64,000 bases of DNA from an uncultured delta proteobacterium (GCA_963778115.1 CAVZSV010000004.1:2400001-2464000), one strand, 5' to 3'; shown: positions 8,047-18,248, numbered from the stretch's first letter. Notes: a model not told the origin generated them from the sequence alone. Numbers and translations: made by a program.

Positions 8047-10599
8047 TCAGTATCGTGAGGCCAGAGGAATTAAATGCGATGCGTCTTTTAGCTCGACCGA
8101 TTCGACAATGGCTCGTCTCGTTCCGTCTTTACCTGGAGGAAAATCGATATCGACCGTATTCGACTCGGTGCATTTTAATTCGCTAATGGGAATGGACAAA
8201 GTAACGCGGTGGGCGAAAAGATTTTTTCCGGGAAAGGTATGCGCCGCTCCTTCACCGGTAGGCTGTCCGTTTAGTTTGATATCGGGCATTTCAAAGTTTG
8301 CTTCAGGAGGAAATTCCATGGTCACTTGTAAAGAATGGCTCTTTAGACCAGCCTTTTGGCAGGTCTTTCGCCCATCGATGGAAAGGCCATACCAATGGGT
8401 CGCGAGATAGGGAAGACCGTCGTGTCGATTTGCCCAAGCCGGTTGCCACCAAGCGGCCGCTCCCGCAGAGGGGGAGGGTTTTGGCTCGAGCTTTAGAAAG
8501 GATAGGGAAACGCAGCTTTTAGTGAGTTCGAGAGGAGGAGCCCCAAGACCGAATTGAGGATATTTTCGGCAATCTCGAAGCGCTTTCGAAAAGGTCCACT
8601 CTCGCTCGCCTTCCCAAACAGGCTCGTCCTCGTTCCATTCCGTAGAGCTTCCGATGGCAAGGATTGGGGAATATCCCAACTCTTGTAATCGCTCGATCCC
8701 TTTCGAAGCTTCATAAGAGAAAGGATGATTAATAAAGGTCACTGGAATATCGAAGCCGTTGCTAAGCGGCATCAAAAAGCTCTCTTCAAGCCAACTTGGG
8801 GAAACGGCGACTATCACGGGCTTCTTTCCGGGAAGAGTTTCATGATCCACGATCTGGCGAAGTTTAGCGTAAGTGGAAAAGGCCGTTTGGCAGATGTCGG
8901 AATGGTTGATGGCAAATAAGATCCCGCCATTCCATAGCGCAGTGAAGGCGACCAAGGGGACTATCCATGTTTGCTTTTTTGTTTTAACGAGGGAAAAGAG
9001 AAAGACAACGAACCCTATGATCGACAAAGGGATGAGTTCGATCAAAAGGTACCGTTGAAAATTGACTTGAAGATTGAGCGGTAGAAATCGAAACACGCAA
9101 TAGAAGAAAAGGCAGAAAGGCAAAAAGGTCTGCAAGAAAAGAAATGCGGGTTTGCGCGTTATGATGAGAAACCTAAACCAGAAATAAAGGCCAAAACCGA
9201 CCAATGCTGGCCCTCCGTAAAAAAGAAGGGAGTCCAAGTTGAAAAGAACAAAGGGGTATCCGCCAATATTAACGGTAAGCTTGGTTACCAGACGTACATA
9301 ACGGATGACGACTCCTAGAGTGAAGATAGAAAAAAAGCACTTCCACAAGAGCGCCCAATTTCGGCGAGCAAAGGCAGTCTGGAGGAGGTCGACCACTTTA
9401 CGGCGAAGTAAAAAAAGAACGGTGATTGCACTTAGCGCTCCGAACATCCACCAAAGCGGATTTAAGAGATGGCTCGCCAGGGGAAAGGGCAGAAACTTAA
9501 CTATCGACCTAGAATAAAAACGCAAAATATCTTCCGTATAGGTGGGAGAGAAATGTAGCATCAGTCCGGTGAAGCAAAGGGTTGAGGCGAGCCCCCCAAA
9601 CCACGTCCAACGGTTAAGCGTTTTAGAGGTCGTCTGCTTTTCCAACCAAGCACAGGTTAGAAAAAAGAAAGGTAAATACAATAATCCACTGACTCGGGTT
9701 CCGATTCCCGCCGCGATGCCGGCCAGTAAAAGAAAGCGTCCCAGTATGGGAGCCGCGCTCAGTTCGAAGAGAGAAAAAAGAATTGCTGCAAAGAAAACGG
9801 CTGCCAGAGGTTCCGACAGGGGCTCACGATAAAGGGGGGCTACCAATGGACAGAGTACCAGCATCCATGCCGCTAAAGAGGTGATAAGATTTGCTTCGCC
9901 TATCAAAAGCTCGCATAACGCCATTAAGCAAAGGGCTAAAGCGATGAAATGGAACCATTGGATTCGTAGAGCGTTGCGTTCTCCAAAGAGTTCGATGCCT
10001 ACGGCAAGAAATAAGGGTGCTCCGTAAAACCCATGAAAACTTGAGAGCCCTTTTTCCAAATTAAATGGAATGACTCCATAATTTCTTGTGAGTTGCCACT
10101 CTTCAGCAGAACGATCGGCGTTTAGCAGAGGTTTAAGCGCCTCATCCCCTTCCCCGTATGCTTTTTCGATGAGAGGATCGGAATGAAAGAGGCTTCCGGT
10201 TCTAGCCAAATGAAGGGACGAATTCAGATACGCCGAGGGGTCGTGAGTTGCGTAGAGGTAGTAGATGCCGTGCCACTGAAGGGCGATGCCCGTCAAGATT
10301 GCTAGCAGAAGACTCATGGCTGGGGCAAAGGCCAAGTCTAACTGCACCTTTAAGCCCTTTTTCCTTCGACATGCTAACAGACCGAGTGCGGTGGCTACCC
10401 CCATCGTTAGAGTATGGTGAGCGAGCGACCAGCTATTGAAACATAGGGGCGGAACTCCACAGAGGAAAACAAGGGCATAGCCTAAGAGAGAGAGACGAGC
10501 AAGTTCGGGAATATTAATTCGAAAGTGAGTGTGAGACGTAAGAAGGACTCTTAAGGTAAGAGTTCCTATTATCAAGATGACGATAAAAAGGAGTGCCAT
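8047..10599 (-). CDS. Large multi-pass membrane protein, GT-C-like, with C-terminal beta-rich domain
   Basis: 850 aa; HDPSAY, PLSE and FQRY motifs typical of GT-C membrane glycosyltransferases. Confidence 0.55.
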   Translation of the reverse strand: MALLFIVILIIGTLTLRVLLTSHTHFRINIPELARLSLLGYALVFLCGVPPLCFNSWSLAHHTLTMGVATALGLLACRRKKGLKVQLDLAFAPAMSLLLAILTGIALQWHGIYYLYATHDPSAYLNSSLHLARTGSLFHSDPLIEKAYGEGDEALKPLLNADRSAEEWQLTRNYGVIPFNLEKGLSSFHGFYGAPLFLAVGIELFGERNALRIQWFHFIALALCLMALCELLIGEANLITSLAAWMLVLCPLVAPLYREPLSEPLAAVFFAAILFSLFELSAAPILGRFLLLAGIAAGIGTRVSGLLYLPFFFLTCAWLEKQTTSKTLNRWTWFGGLASTLCFTGLMLHFSPTYTEDILRFYSRSIVKFLPFPLASHLLNPLWWMFGALSAITVLFLLRRKVVDLLQTAFARRNWALLWKCFFSIFTLGVVIRYVRLVTKLTVNIGGYPFVLFNLDSLLFYGGPALVGFGLYFWFRFLIITRKPAFLFLQTFLPFCLFFYCVFRFLPLNLQVNFQRYLLIELIPLSIIGFVVFLFSLVKTKKQTWIVPLVAFTALWNGGILFAINHSDICQTAFSTYAKLRQIVDHETLPGKKPVIVAVSPSWLEESFLMPLSNGFDIPVTFINHPFSYEASKGIERLQELGYSPILAIGSSTEWNEDEPVWEGEREWTFSKALRDCRKYPQFGLGAPPLELTKSCVSLSFLKLEPKPSPSAGAAAWWQPAWANRHDGLPYLATHWYGLSIDGRKTCQKAGLKSHSLQVTMEFPPEANFEMPDIKLNGQPTGEGAAHTFPGKNLFAHRVTLSIPISELKCTESNTVDIDFPPGKDGTRRAIVESVELKDASHLIPLASRY

Positions 10600-10613
10600 A
10601 GTCTAACTCTCTA

Positions 10614-11249
10614 TCAACCCTTAAAATATTCATTTGCTTGGACAGGGAGATCGGTGCAGAGGGCTTCAAACTTAACGCTCTTCAAAGTCGCCCAAAATGT
10701 TTTTTCTTCCCTGCCATGAAGTTCTGGCGAAACAATCGCCAATTTTTTGATTTGAGTTATATTAAGTCTGGAGATCTCCTCTTTGGGACAATCTCTTTCA
10801 AAAGCGTCCACCCAAATCCAGTCACAAATATCGAGCGCGCTTGGGTTTTTCTCGTATTCGCTGTAGCGACTAGAGAGATTCACTTTGGAGAAGCTACGAG
10901 AAAATTGTACTAACTGAGGAACGCTCATATCGAAAAAGACATGGCGGAACTTAGCCAGCGAATCTCGAAACGCCAGTAACAAAGGAACCAAACCATCCTC
11001 TTTAATATTGAGAAACGAAAGGGCGTCTGGATAGCGGGCGGCCAAACTTAGAAATTCCTCAAAGCGCGGGGGGCGTTTGGGATCCACGATCGGGTCATGA
11101 CTTAAGTAAAGTTTTCCTTCCTGTGATCGAATGTCCGTTTCGATTCCATACCCATGCCGAAAAGCATCCTCAATGGCGGGGAGACTGTTCGGAGGACTAA
11201 CGGATTCCGTCGGGTGCTTCCATAATCCCCGATGCGCAATGATATCCAT
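10614..11249 (-). CDS. Glycerophosphodiester phosphodiesterase-like protein
   Basis: IIAHRG, GIETDIR, LSHD, LNIKE, VSPELH, LCTD. Confidence 0.8.
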   Translation of the reverse strand: MDIIAHRGLWKHPTESVSPPNSLPAIEDAFRHGYGIETDIRSQEGKLYLSHDPIVDPKRPPRFEEFLSLAARYPDALSFLNIKEDGLVPLLLAFRDSLAKFRHVFFDMSVPQLVQFSRSFSKVNLSSRYSEYEKNPSALDICDWIWVDAFERDCPKEEISRLNITQIKKLAIVSPELHGREEKTFWATLKSVKFEALCTDLPVQANEYFKG

Positions 11250-11276
11250 AACCAGTCGCTTTCTCTTTATTGAAGG

Positions 11277-13100
11277 CTACTTTCGAGAGAGTAAAGGAGC
11301 CTCTACACTGTCTTGACGAAACCCAGCCCGAAGCAAACTGGCTAGGTGCGAAGGCCACGCTTCGGCGGACACGTAATACATGGCTCCAAAATGATTTCCA
11401 AAAATGACAACGATGGGTCTATAACCGGCACAGAGAAGTTTCTGAGGTCCACCAAAAAATCTTTCGTTCATACTGGCATAAGTCAGTCGAAGTCGTTTGA
11501 TATCAGCCACTATCTCGGGTCCGGTAGTTTCTTCGGAAAGATCGGTACTAAGAAAATCGCCGGGATATAAGATTTGAGGCATTACCTTCAATACCAACTC
11601 CGGGTAATGGCGTCGGAAGAGGCTTGCGGAATTGATCGGGTGGGCAGCAATGGCTGGATTGGTAACACCCAGAAGATCGAGTGCTTCGCGGTTGGCGAAG
11701 TACATTACGGTTGCCACTTCAGAGGACGCAATAACATCGGTCGGACGCGTGGTATTTCCCAGATGACGTCCCACCATTGAGAGCTGTTGAATCCTAAAGT
11801 TTCCTCGTCCTGGCCACCAAGACCTCAGGTTTTCGGCTAAAAAAGGATATCCTGACGATAGGAATAAATACGGGACGAGTAATAACAGAATCCCTCCGTA
11901 GAGGATTCGACGTTTTTCGTGAGAAATGGCGTTAGAGACCAGAAATACCATACAGATCGCCGCGAAAGTCGAAAGAAGAGTATAGGGCAGCAAGTATCGT
12001 CCCCAGGCCGGGGGAAACCAATCTCCTCCCGAAAGATAGTAAGGCAGGATGAAAACGCCTAAACCAGCACAAATGGTAAGAAGGGTTTGAATCTGTCTGG
12101 TTATATGCTGGGGCCGGGATAAAAAGAGACACCACAAAACGGTAATCGTAGCGAGTGCTCCATAACCGCTAAAAAGATCTTTGGCCAAATTCGCGGTTCC
12201 TAGCTTGAGAAAGACAGGATTTCCAAACGCCGATTTGTAGATGACTGGAGTTGGAATTGCCGACCCAAATGTTCGAATGCGATAGCAACTCAATAAGATT
12301 ATCGGAATAACGATTAATAAAGCGGTACCTATCGATTGTCTGATCTTTTGTGCCCAAGTTCCTTGGTGTTGATAGACATAAAAGAGAAAGAGAATTGCAG
12401 TTGCGAGGGCTCCCTCTAGTCGAATCAGTGGAATGACAGAGAGCAAGAATAATCCCCAGAAAGTTCGGTAAGGTTGAAAAAAGAGAAACGCTATCGACCA
12501 AAGGATGGCCGCGGAAAAGATAGGAGAGGAGAAGCCAATACTCGCGTTGAACATAAGGGTGGGACTGGCACACAAGATAAAAAATCCCAAAGTGCGTTGG
12601 GTAGCCGTAAGACCTAGAACTGAGGAGATTCTCCATAAAGCGAGCAGGCACAGCAACGCGCCTAAGAAACCTTGTAAAAAGGCCATCTCGGGTAGGGGAA
12701 GCCCCAATCTAGCCAGACATCCGATGGTGAAATAGGGTAAGAAATCGACGATTCCTTCGATGGGGGTGTTCTGGTTAAACGAGAAAAGTCCGCTTTGGGC
12801 AAAGTGTAGTGAATGCCTTAGATTGATAAAAAGTTCATCTACGGGCTCATTCAATAGCAATACCATGAGGCTAAAGCCGGCAACCGCGAAACAACGACTC
12901 AGCAGCCCCCAACAATCTTTTCGTGATCGAAATTGGATATAAAGAAAACTAACCGCCGCCGCGAAGCTAAGAAGGGCAGCTATCTTTTCATAGCGGACCA
13001 GCCAATCCATTCGATAGATCCCGCCGAAGAGCGTATCGTAAAGGCCCGAGATCTTTTCACTCGTCCGAAATACCAAAATGGAATTCTCGAGCGGGCTCAT
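11277..13100 (-). CDS. GT-C membrane glycosyltransferase (AftB-like family)
   Basis: VDELFINLRH..F..G..FN...IEG, RLEG, GGDWFP..GRY, LDLLGVT. Confidence 0.65.
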   Translation of the reverse strand: MSPLENSILVFRTSEKISGLYDTLFGGIYRMDWLVRYEKIAALLSFAAAVSFLYIQFRSRKDCWGLLSRCFAVAGFSLMVLLLNEPVDELFINLRHSLHFAQSGLFSFNQNTPIEGIVDFLPYFTIGCLARLGLPLPEMAFLQGFLGALLCLLALWRISSVLGLTATQRTLGFFILCASPTLMFNASIGFSSPIFSAAILWSIAFLFFQPYRTFWGLFLLSVIPLIRLEGALATAILFLFYVYQHQGTWAQKIRQSIGTALLIVIPIILLSCYRIRTFGSAIPTPVIYKSAFGNPVFLKLGTANLAKDLFSGYGALATITVLWCLFLSRPQHITRQIQTLLTICAGLGVFILPYYLSGGDWFPPAWGRYLLPYTLLSTFAAICMVFLVSNAISHEKRRILYGGILLLLVPYLFLSSGYPFLAENLRSWWPGRGNFRIQQLSMVGRHLGNTTRPTDVIASSEVATVMYFANREALDLLGVTNPAIAAHPINSASLFRRHYPELVLKVMPQILYPGDFLSTDLSEETTGPEIVADIKRLRLTYASMNERFFGGPQKLLCAGYRPIVVIFGNHFGAMYYVSAEAWPSHLASLLRAGFRQDSVEAPLLSRK

Positions 13101-13112
13101 AGGTAAAAGTTC

Positions 13113-13901
13113 CTATCGCTTTTCGATGACAATGGTCATTTCAGTGCCCAGAGTTTGTATGGGGCCTGCTAATTTGTCGATCCACTGGAGAAGCGGAAGA
13201 GTGAACGAAGGCAGAAACGTTCGATAGGAAAGACCTCCGCTCGCATAGTACATCAAAACCGTATGGTATTGCGTTGAAATGATCTGCAACTCGGGAAAGC
13301 GACTCTCGAATGTCTTGCGATCTCTTTCAAAGATAATCCAAGGGAGCGCGTTATTCGCTTTTGATAGTCGACCGTCCACGACATTGTGCCATTCCTTGGC
13401 ATTTCCGTCGTAAAATTCATAGGGATGGAAGTTTTGAATCATAAAGCGCTGCAGAGGAGATCCAGACGGTTCGGTGATGACCAGACGTCCTCCTGGAGCC
13501 AGAGTTCGCTTAGCCTCGGAGAGAAATTTTTCTGGGTAATCGAAATGGTGTAGGGCGTTAAGCACGAATAGAGCGCGCAAACTGCGATCCCCATAGGGAA
13601 GTTTGGTGGCATCGACGACTTGGTTGATATTGGAATGAGCCACTACATCCGTCTTGATGACATCGGGGATATAAAATTCAAGATGACTTGCTCCACACCC
13701 TATCTCGACCATCGGCAGCCGGAGATGTTCAGTAGCCTTCACCGAGGGGAGAAACTGCGAGTACCATTTTTGGTAGACGGCGCGCAAAAAGGGCTTAGAA
13801 AGGATGATCTCTCGATGTACCGATATCGTTTTCGGCGAATCGATATCAATGCCCTTAGTGAGCGGATGTGACCAGTATTTTCTTAGAAGCGACATGTTCA
13901 C
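13113..13901 (-). CDS. Class I SAM-dependent methyltransferase
   Basis: VEIGCG, DATKLPY, LHHF, LAPGGRLVITEP. Confidence 0.85.
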   Translation of the reverse strand: MNMSLLRKYWSHPLTKGIDIDSPKTISVHREIILSKPFLRAVYQKWYSQFLPSVKATEHLRLPMVEIGCGASHLEFYIPDVIKTDVVAHSNINQVVDATKLPYGDRSLRALFVLNALHHFDYPEKFLSEAKRTLAPGGRLVITEPSGSPLQRFMIQNFHPYEFYDGNAKEWHNVVDGRLSKANNALPWIIFERDRKTFESRFPELQIISTQYHTVLMYYASGGLSYRTFLPSFTLPLLQWIDKLAGPIQTLGTEMTIVIEKR

Positions 13902-14490
13902 TAGAACCTATGGAAGGAGTCAGTTTCGCTGAGAATAGCGAGGTTAGCTCCGAATATTGAGTCTGGTTGAAAATAGAAAATGGCAATTCGATGCCACGAT
14001 TCTTTAGAACGCTTCTTCGTTCTCGAAAGGGCTCATCCTCACTGCACTGAATCGCGGTATGTCTTTTAAGCGCACGAGAAAAATAGGGTTTCAGCGGAGC
14101 CAACCAAAAGGGCATCTCCATAACGACCTCGTCGAGCATGAGGGTTGGGTAATTCGATTCGCTGGTACGGAAGAGAAGAGAGTTTAACGCGCTCGTAATC
14201 CCCAGTAAGGGAATGTATTCAATTTGATGAATTTGATAGGTATCCACGATTTTTCGAAAACCGAAAGTTTCGAAACTAAGAAAGTAGAAGCGCCGCTTGG
14301 TTCGATAAACCATAACATCATACTCGTGGTCCGATTTTTTTGAGGAACCTACGAAAAGGAGCTTAAAGGCCTTGTTGGTATTGGCATGTAAGAAAGCAAC
14401 GTGCTCCAAATCTTTCGCGTTTTCCCAAACAAAGTCGATCGCATGGCGGCTAAAATTTTTCACTTCCGTTTGGAGTAAGGTCTTTTTCAT
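13855..14490 (-). CDS. Stand-alone Rieske-oxygenase catalytic (mononuclear Fe, START-fold) domain
   Basis: WENAKDLEHVAFLH fits ENxxDxxHxxxxH; distal SED supplies a carboxylate; no Rieske cluster motif. Confidence 0.65.
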   Translation of the reverse strand: MKKTLLQTEVKNFSRHAIDFVWENAKDLEHVAFLHANTNKAFKLLFVGSSKKSDHEYDVMVYRTKRRFYFLSFETFGFRKIVDTYQIHQIEYIPLLGITSALNSLLFRTSESNYPTLMLDEVVMEMPFWLAPLKPYFSRALKRHTAIQCSEDEPFRERRSVLKNRGIELPFSIFNQTQYSELTSLFSAKLTPSIGSSEHVASKKILVTSAH

Positions 14491-14816
14491 ATGTGAGTTT
14501 CGTAAACAACGAGTTCATTTCCTTCAATGGAACCCGTAAATTCGGATAGCTGCCGGTAGCGCTCATGACAGCTTCTAAGCGGTCTTTCTTTGAACTCCAG
14601 TCCGTGCCAAGGACAAAACGCCGTGTCATTTTTCTTGTTCCACCGAAGCTGAGCGCCCATATGCGGGCAAAGTGAAGATATAATTCGAATTCCTGTGGGG
14701 GTGGGCACTACCATGACTTCCAGTTTCTCCGCGAGCCACACATGCATAGGGTCCTTCCCAAGCGGTTGCTCGAGTTTGACACGATACTTCACCTTTTTTT
14801 GAGTAGGTTCGGACAC
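14487..14816 (-). CDS. Rieske [2Fe-2S] domain protein
   Basis: CPHMG...CPWHG; ATGA overlap with the downstream gene. Confidence 0.85.
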   Translation of the reverse strand: MSEPTQKKVKYRVKLEQPLGKDPMHVWLAEKLEVMVVPTPTGIRIISSLCPHMGAQLRWNKKNDTAFCPWHGLEFKERPLRSCHERYRQLSEFTGSIEGNELVVYETHI

Positions 14817-14902
14817 AGAAAGCTCCTGGGATCAGCTTCTGGGAGAGTGAGAAATACGGGCTAAGTCCTAAGTATAACATGTCCTATTTCTGAAACTCTC
14901 TC

Positions 14903-14930
14903 TAAACTCTTCCAGCCTAATCTCCGATAT
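14903..14930 (+). promoter_or_regulatory. Putative sigma-28 (FliA)-type promoter
   Basis: TAAA-N16-TCCGATAT upstream of 15008. Confidence 0.4.
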
Positions 14931-15007
14931 AATTAGGACAGAACCCTTTTTGAACTATTCAGTTTAGTACTTCACTTAACAAAAAATCGAAAGAAGACGG
15001 GCGAATC

Positions 15008-16420
15008 ATGAAGATCGTCATTCTCGGTGGCGGACCAAGCGGTCTCGGCGTGGCATGGGGATTGGTGGAACGAGGCCATAAGGACATCGTTATCGTAGAG
15101 AGGAACTCTCAGCTTGGTGGTCTATCGGGTAGCTTTACCGTAGGGCATAGTACTTTGGACTTTGGACCCCATCGTTTTTCTCCTGAATATCCAGAGCTAG
15201 TGGAAAAGGTTAGAACCATTCTTGGAAAAGAGCTTCTCGAAGTTCCCAACGAACATGCCGTAGTTTTCAACAACCACGTCTACCGTTATCCTCCGGTTAT
15301 TAGCGATTTTTTTAATGTTCCGACCGCATGGATTACCTTTCGCGTCATCCTGAGCTTTGTATGGGAGCGAGTTAAATTTTATGCGAAACGTTGGATGGGC
15401 CAGAAAGCGTCGCCCGCCACTTTCGAAAGCATTATTGTGTCGCGCTTCGGAAGAGAGCTTTACGAGAAAGTAGTCAAACCGATTTCATTCAAAGTGTGGG
15501 GAGATCCAAAGTCTCTCGATCCGGAGTTCGCTAACTTAAGATTTTCGGTTCCAACCATAGTTCAATGGGGAAAGAAGCTGGTTGGCCATCAAGATACGTT
15601 CAATGACAAAGTCTTTTACTATCCTCGGAAAGGGTTTCAGCAGCTTTGGGACGTTTTGGGAGATCATTTACGAAGGCAAGGGGTGAAAATTCTCCTAAGC
15701 TCTCAGGCGACGGAAGTGGAAATTCAAAATGGGAGAGCCGTTTCGGTGAAGATTCAAAGTGAAGGAGAGTCTCACCACTTTGCTACCGATTGGGTGGTCA
15801 GCACTATTCCCACTCAACATTTCGTGAAAGTCATGCGACCGAACCCCCTTCGAGAGTCTAATATTTCGATGCAGAAGTTCGCCAACCGCGGAATGCTACT
15901 AGTTTATTTCTTAGTTAAAAAATCACAGAGCCTGCCAGCCCGCGTGGTAGTGGCGCCAGAATCCAAATATCTATTTAATCGACTAAGTGAACAAAACCAG
16001 TTTAGTCGAGACACGGTTCCGGCCGGAAAGTCGGCGGTTTTAGCGGATGTATTAGCTGATGTAGGTTCCGAGACCTGGAATATGAGCGACTCTTATTTAA
16101 TTGAGAAAATAACTCAGGAAATCGAATCTTGCGGTTTCTTCGCAGAGCATGAAATCGAAGAGGCTAAAGTCTTCCGAGTCCCTATTGCTTATCCCTTACC
16201 CACGACCGAACGAGAACTAGAGCAGAAGAAATTCAACGATGCCGTCCTCAATATCGAGAACGTGATTTGTACCGGGAGGTTTGCCTCTTCCGATTATAAC
16301 AACTCCCACACGGCACTCAATAAAGGCATTCTTGCCGCCGCGATGATGACTGAACTCAAAGCGACAGGGGAATGGTATCACGTCGCTGACAGCCTACGAA
16401 AGACGGCGATTCGGGACTAG
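15008..16420 (+). CDS. FAD-dependent oxidoreductase (protoporphyrinogen oxidase / UDP-galactopyranose mutase-like)
   Basis: GGGPSG, LGGLSGS, DFGPHRF, YYPRKG, TGRFA. Confidence 0.8.
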   Translation: MKIVILGGGPSGLGVAWGLVERGHKDIVIVERNSQLGGLSGSFTVGHSTLDFGPHRFSPEYPELVEKVRTILGKELLEVPNEHAVVFNNHVYRYPPVISDFFNVPTAWITFRVILSFVWERVKFYAKRWMGQKASPATFESIIVSRFGRELYEKVVKPISFKVWGDPKSLDPEFANLRFSVPTIVQWGKKLVGHQDTFNDKVFYYPRKGFQQLWDVLGDHLRRQGVKILLSSQATEVEIQNGRAVSVKIQSEGESHHFATDWVVSTIPTQHFVKVMRPNPLRESNISMQKFANRGMLLVYFLVKKSQSLPARVVVAPESKYLFNRLSEQNQFSRDTVPAGKSAVLADVLADVGSETWNMSDSYLIEKITQEIESCGFFAEHEIEEAKVFRVPIAYPLPTTERELEQKKFNDAVLNIENVICTGRFASSDYNNSHTALNKGILAAAMMTELKATGEWYHVADSLRKTAIRD

Positions 16421-16436
16421 GAAAACATAAGCACGT

Positions 16437-16482
16437 TCTTGCGCACCCCGGCGCCAAAGGATCGTAAGCTCCCCCCATCCCC
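16437..16482. repeat. Dispersed ~46-bp intergenic repeat, copy A
   Basis: TCTTGCGCACCCC..CGCCAAAGG..CGTAAG..CCCCC; matches copies at 63516 and 63847. Confidence 0.7.
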
Positions 16483-16541
16483 GAGACAAGCAGCACGGTT
16501 TCCTACGCGGGTTTGTCCCGGAATAAGATTTCTAATGTTAG

Positions 16542-17498
16542 CTACTCATGAAGCAGGCGACGGCCCGTACATTGGGTCATCAGTTTGAGTCGTTTGAGAA
16601 AGCGAACGAAAAAATACCCCAAGAGTTCTAGCTCCGCCCGAAACCATCTTCTTTCGTAGAGAAAGAAAGATTTCCATTTCACCCCTTTTAATTCACTGAG
16701 CCTTACCGAGACATCTTGATTGGAAGCCGCCCATTGGATGAGGAACTGGTGCTTTTCGGAATTTCCTTCGGCGTTAGCCTTCTCAAGAAGCGTTCGATAC
16801 TGATGAGAGAAAGTGGGGTCCTTCCAGGAAGAGGCTTGTCCGTCGTGAGTCCGGATAGCAGCCAAAGGGGCTTGGATATGGATGACCGAGAAGCGTTTTA
16901 CTAGCCAGGTCATGAGCTCAATATCAGGATCCCAGAGAAATCTAGGATCAAACGGAGGTCGATTTTCCAAACAGGATTTGTGAATGGCTACGACACTGGT
17001 CGGAATCATTCTCTGATAGCGAAAGACATAATCGATGGCGCGTTGACCCGCCGACATAAATGCAAACGGCACATTTTGGGGAGTGATCTGGTCGGTCCAG
17101 ATGCCTTCGGGGGTGGTGTCGTTAAAATAATGGCACTCGGCATAGGCTACCTTCGCTTGGAACGTCTGACATTTCATTGCCACGATTTCGACATATCGGG
17201 GATGGAGGAGGTTATCCGAGTGCAAGAGGAGCTGGTAATCTCCCGTGGCTCTTTTCATGCCACGATTCCATCCTTTAGGGATATTTAGGTCTTCTTCGTT
17301 TCGAAAAAGTTTGAATCGGCTGTCATGTCCAAACTCCTTGATAAGAATATCAGGTGTGCCATCACGGGAAGTATTGTCATCCACGATGACTTCGATTTCG
17401 CGATAGGTTTGCGAAAGTGCCGAACGTACGGTTTCGATAACATGCACTTTGCTGTTAAAGGTAGGTATGACGATCGAAAAACGGGGTTGCATCGTCAA
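16542..17498 (-). CDS. GT2 glycosyltransferase
   Basis: FSIVIPTFN, VDDNTSRDGT, LLHSDN. Confidence 0.85.
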   Translation of the reverse strand: MTMQPRFSIVIPTFNSKVHVIETVRSALSQTYREIEVIVDDNTSRDGTPDILIKEFGHDSRFKLFRNEEDLNIPKGWNRGMKRATGDYQLLLHSDNLLHPRYVEIVAMKCQTFQAKVAYAECHYFNDTTPEGIWTDQITPQNVPFAFMSAGQRAIDYVFRYQRMIPTSVVAIHKSCLENRPPFDPRFLWDPDIELMTWLVKRFSVIHIQAPLAAIRTHDGQASSWKDPTFSHQYRTLLEKANAEGNSEKHQFLIQWAASNQDVSVRLSELKGVKWKSFFLYERRWFRAELELLGYFFVRFLKRLKLMTQCTGRRLLHE

Positions 17499-17516
17499 AT
17501 TTTAACACGGTTAAGC

Positions 17517-18248
17517 TTAGACCGCGTATTTCTTGCTTCTGGAGCCGGGAGCGGCTAGTCGACTTTGCACGGCAAGCGTTGAAAGAAAGCGCGCCACCTT
17601 AATTACGTTATCGATCTTAAGTGCCTTTGACTTGCCATGGGGCCGGTATGTGATTTTGGTGCCGACCTCTTTAAAGCTATGTCCCTGCTTCAGTAACTTC
17701 ACAAGCGCTTCAGCCTGATAACCAAAGCTATCAGTTTCGATGGCAACTTTCTTAATCAGTTTGGTTTTGTGAAGCACGGCACCATTATAATAACGCAGAC
17801 GACAGCCGGAAATGAAGTTAACCAGGGTGACGAATGCGGAAGACAAAAAACGTCTTCCCAAGGGACGAACTTCAGCATTACTCGTGTAGGGAATAATAAT
17901 GTCGGCATCACCCGCGATGGCAAAAATACTTTCCATGACATCGATGCCACATTCATTATCGCCAGGAATCATAATCACAAATTGCTTGGTTGCCTTTTCC
18001 ACACCCTCTTTGTAGCAAGCCCCTAAATTCCGGGGTGTCGGATGGTGGGTGACACGGATTTGCGGGTTAGCTTTAGCAAGGCTGTCCCCAATAAGACCGG
18101 TTCTGTCGCTACTACCATCATCAAAAAGCAAAAGCTCCCAATCTTCGAAATGCTTAGCGACTACGAGAAGCACATTCTTTACGGTCGCTTCTAGATTCTT
18201 CTCTTCGTTAAGAGCTGGAATGATGACGGAAATGGAACCTTTGGCCAT
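17517..18248 (-). CDS. GT2 glycosyltransferase, DPM1-like
   Basis: IPALNEE, DDGSSDRT, PGDNE, RPHGKSK; start moved to the ATG at 18248. Confidence 0.85.
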   Translation of the reverse strand: MAKGSISVIIPALNEEKNLEATVKNVLLVVAKHFEDWELLLFDDGSSDRTGLIGDSLAKANPQIRVTHHPTPRNLGACYKEGVEKATKQFVIMIPGDNECGIDVMESIFAIAGDADIIIPYTSNAEVRPLGRRFLSSAFVTLVNFISGCRLRYYNGAVLHKTKLIKKVAIETDSFGYQAEALVKLLKQGHSFKEVGTKITYRPHGKSKALKIDNVIKVARFLSTLAVQSRLAAPGSRSKKYAV

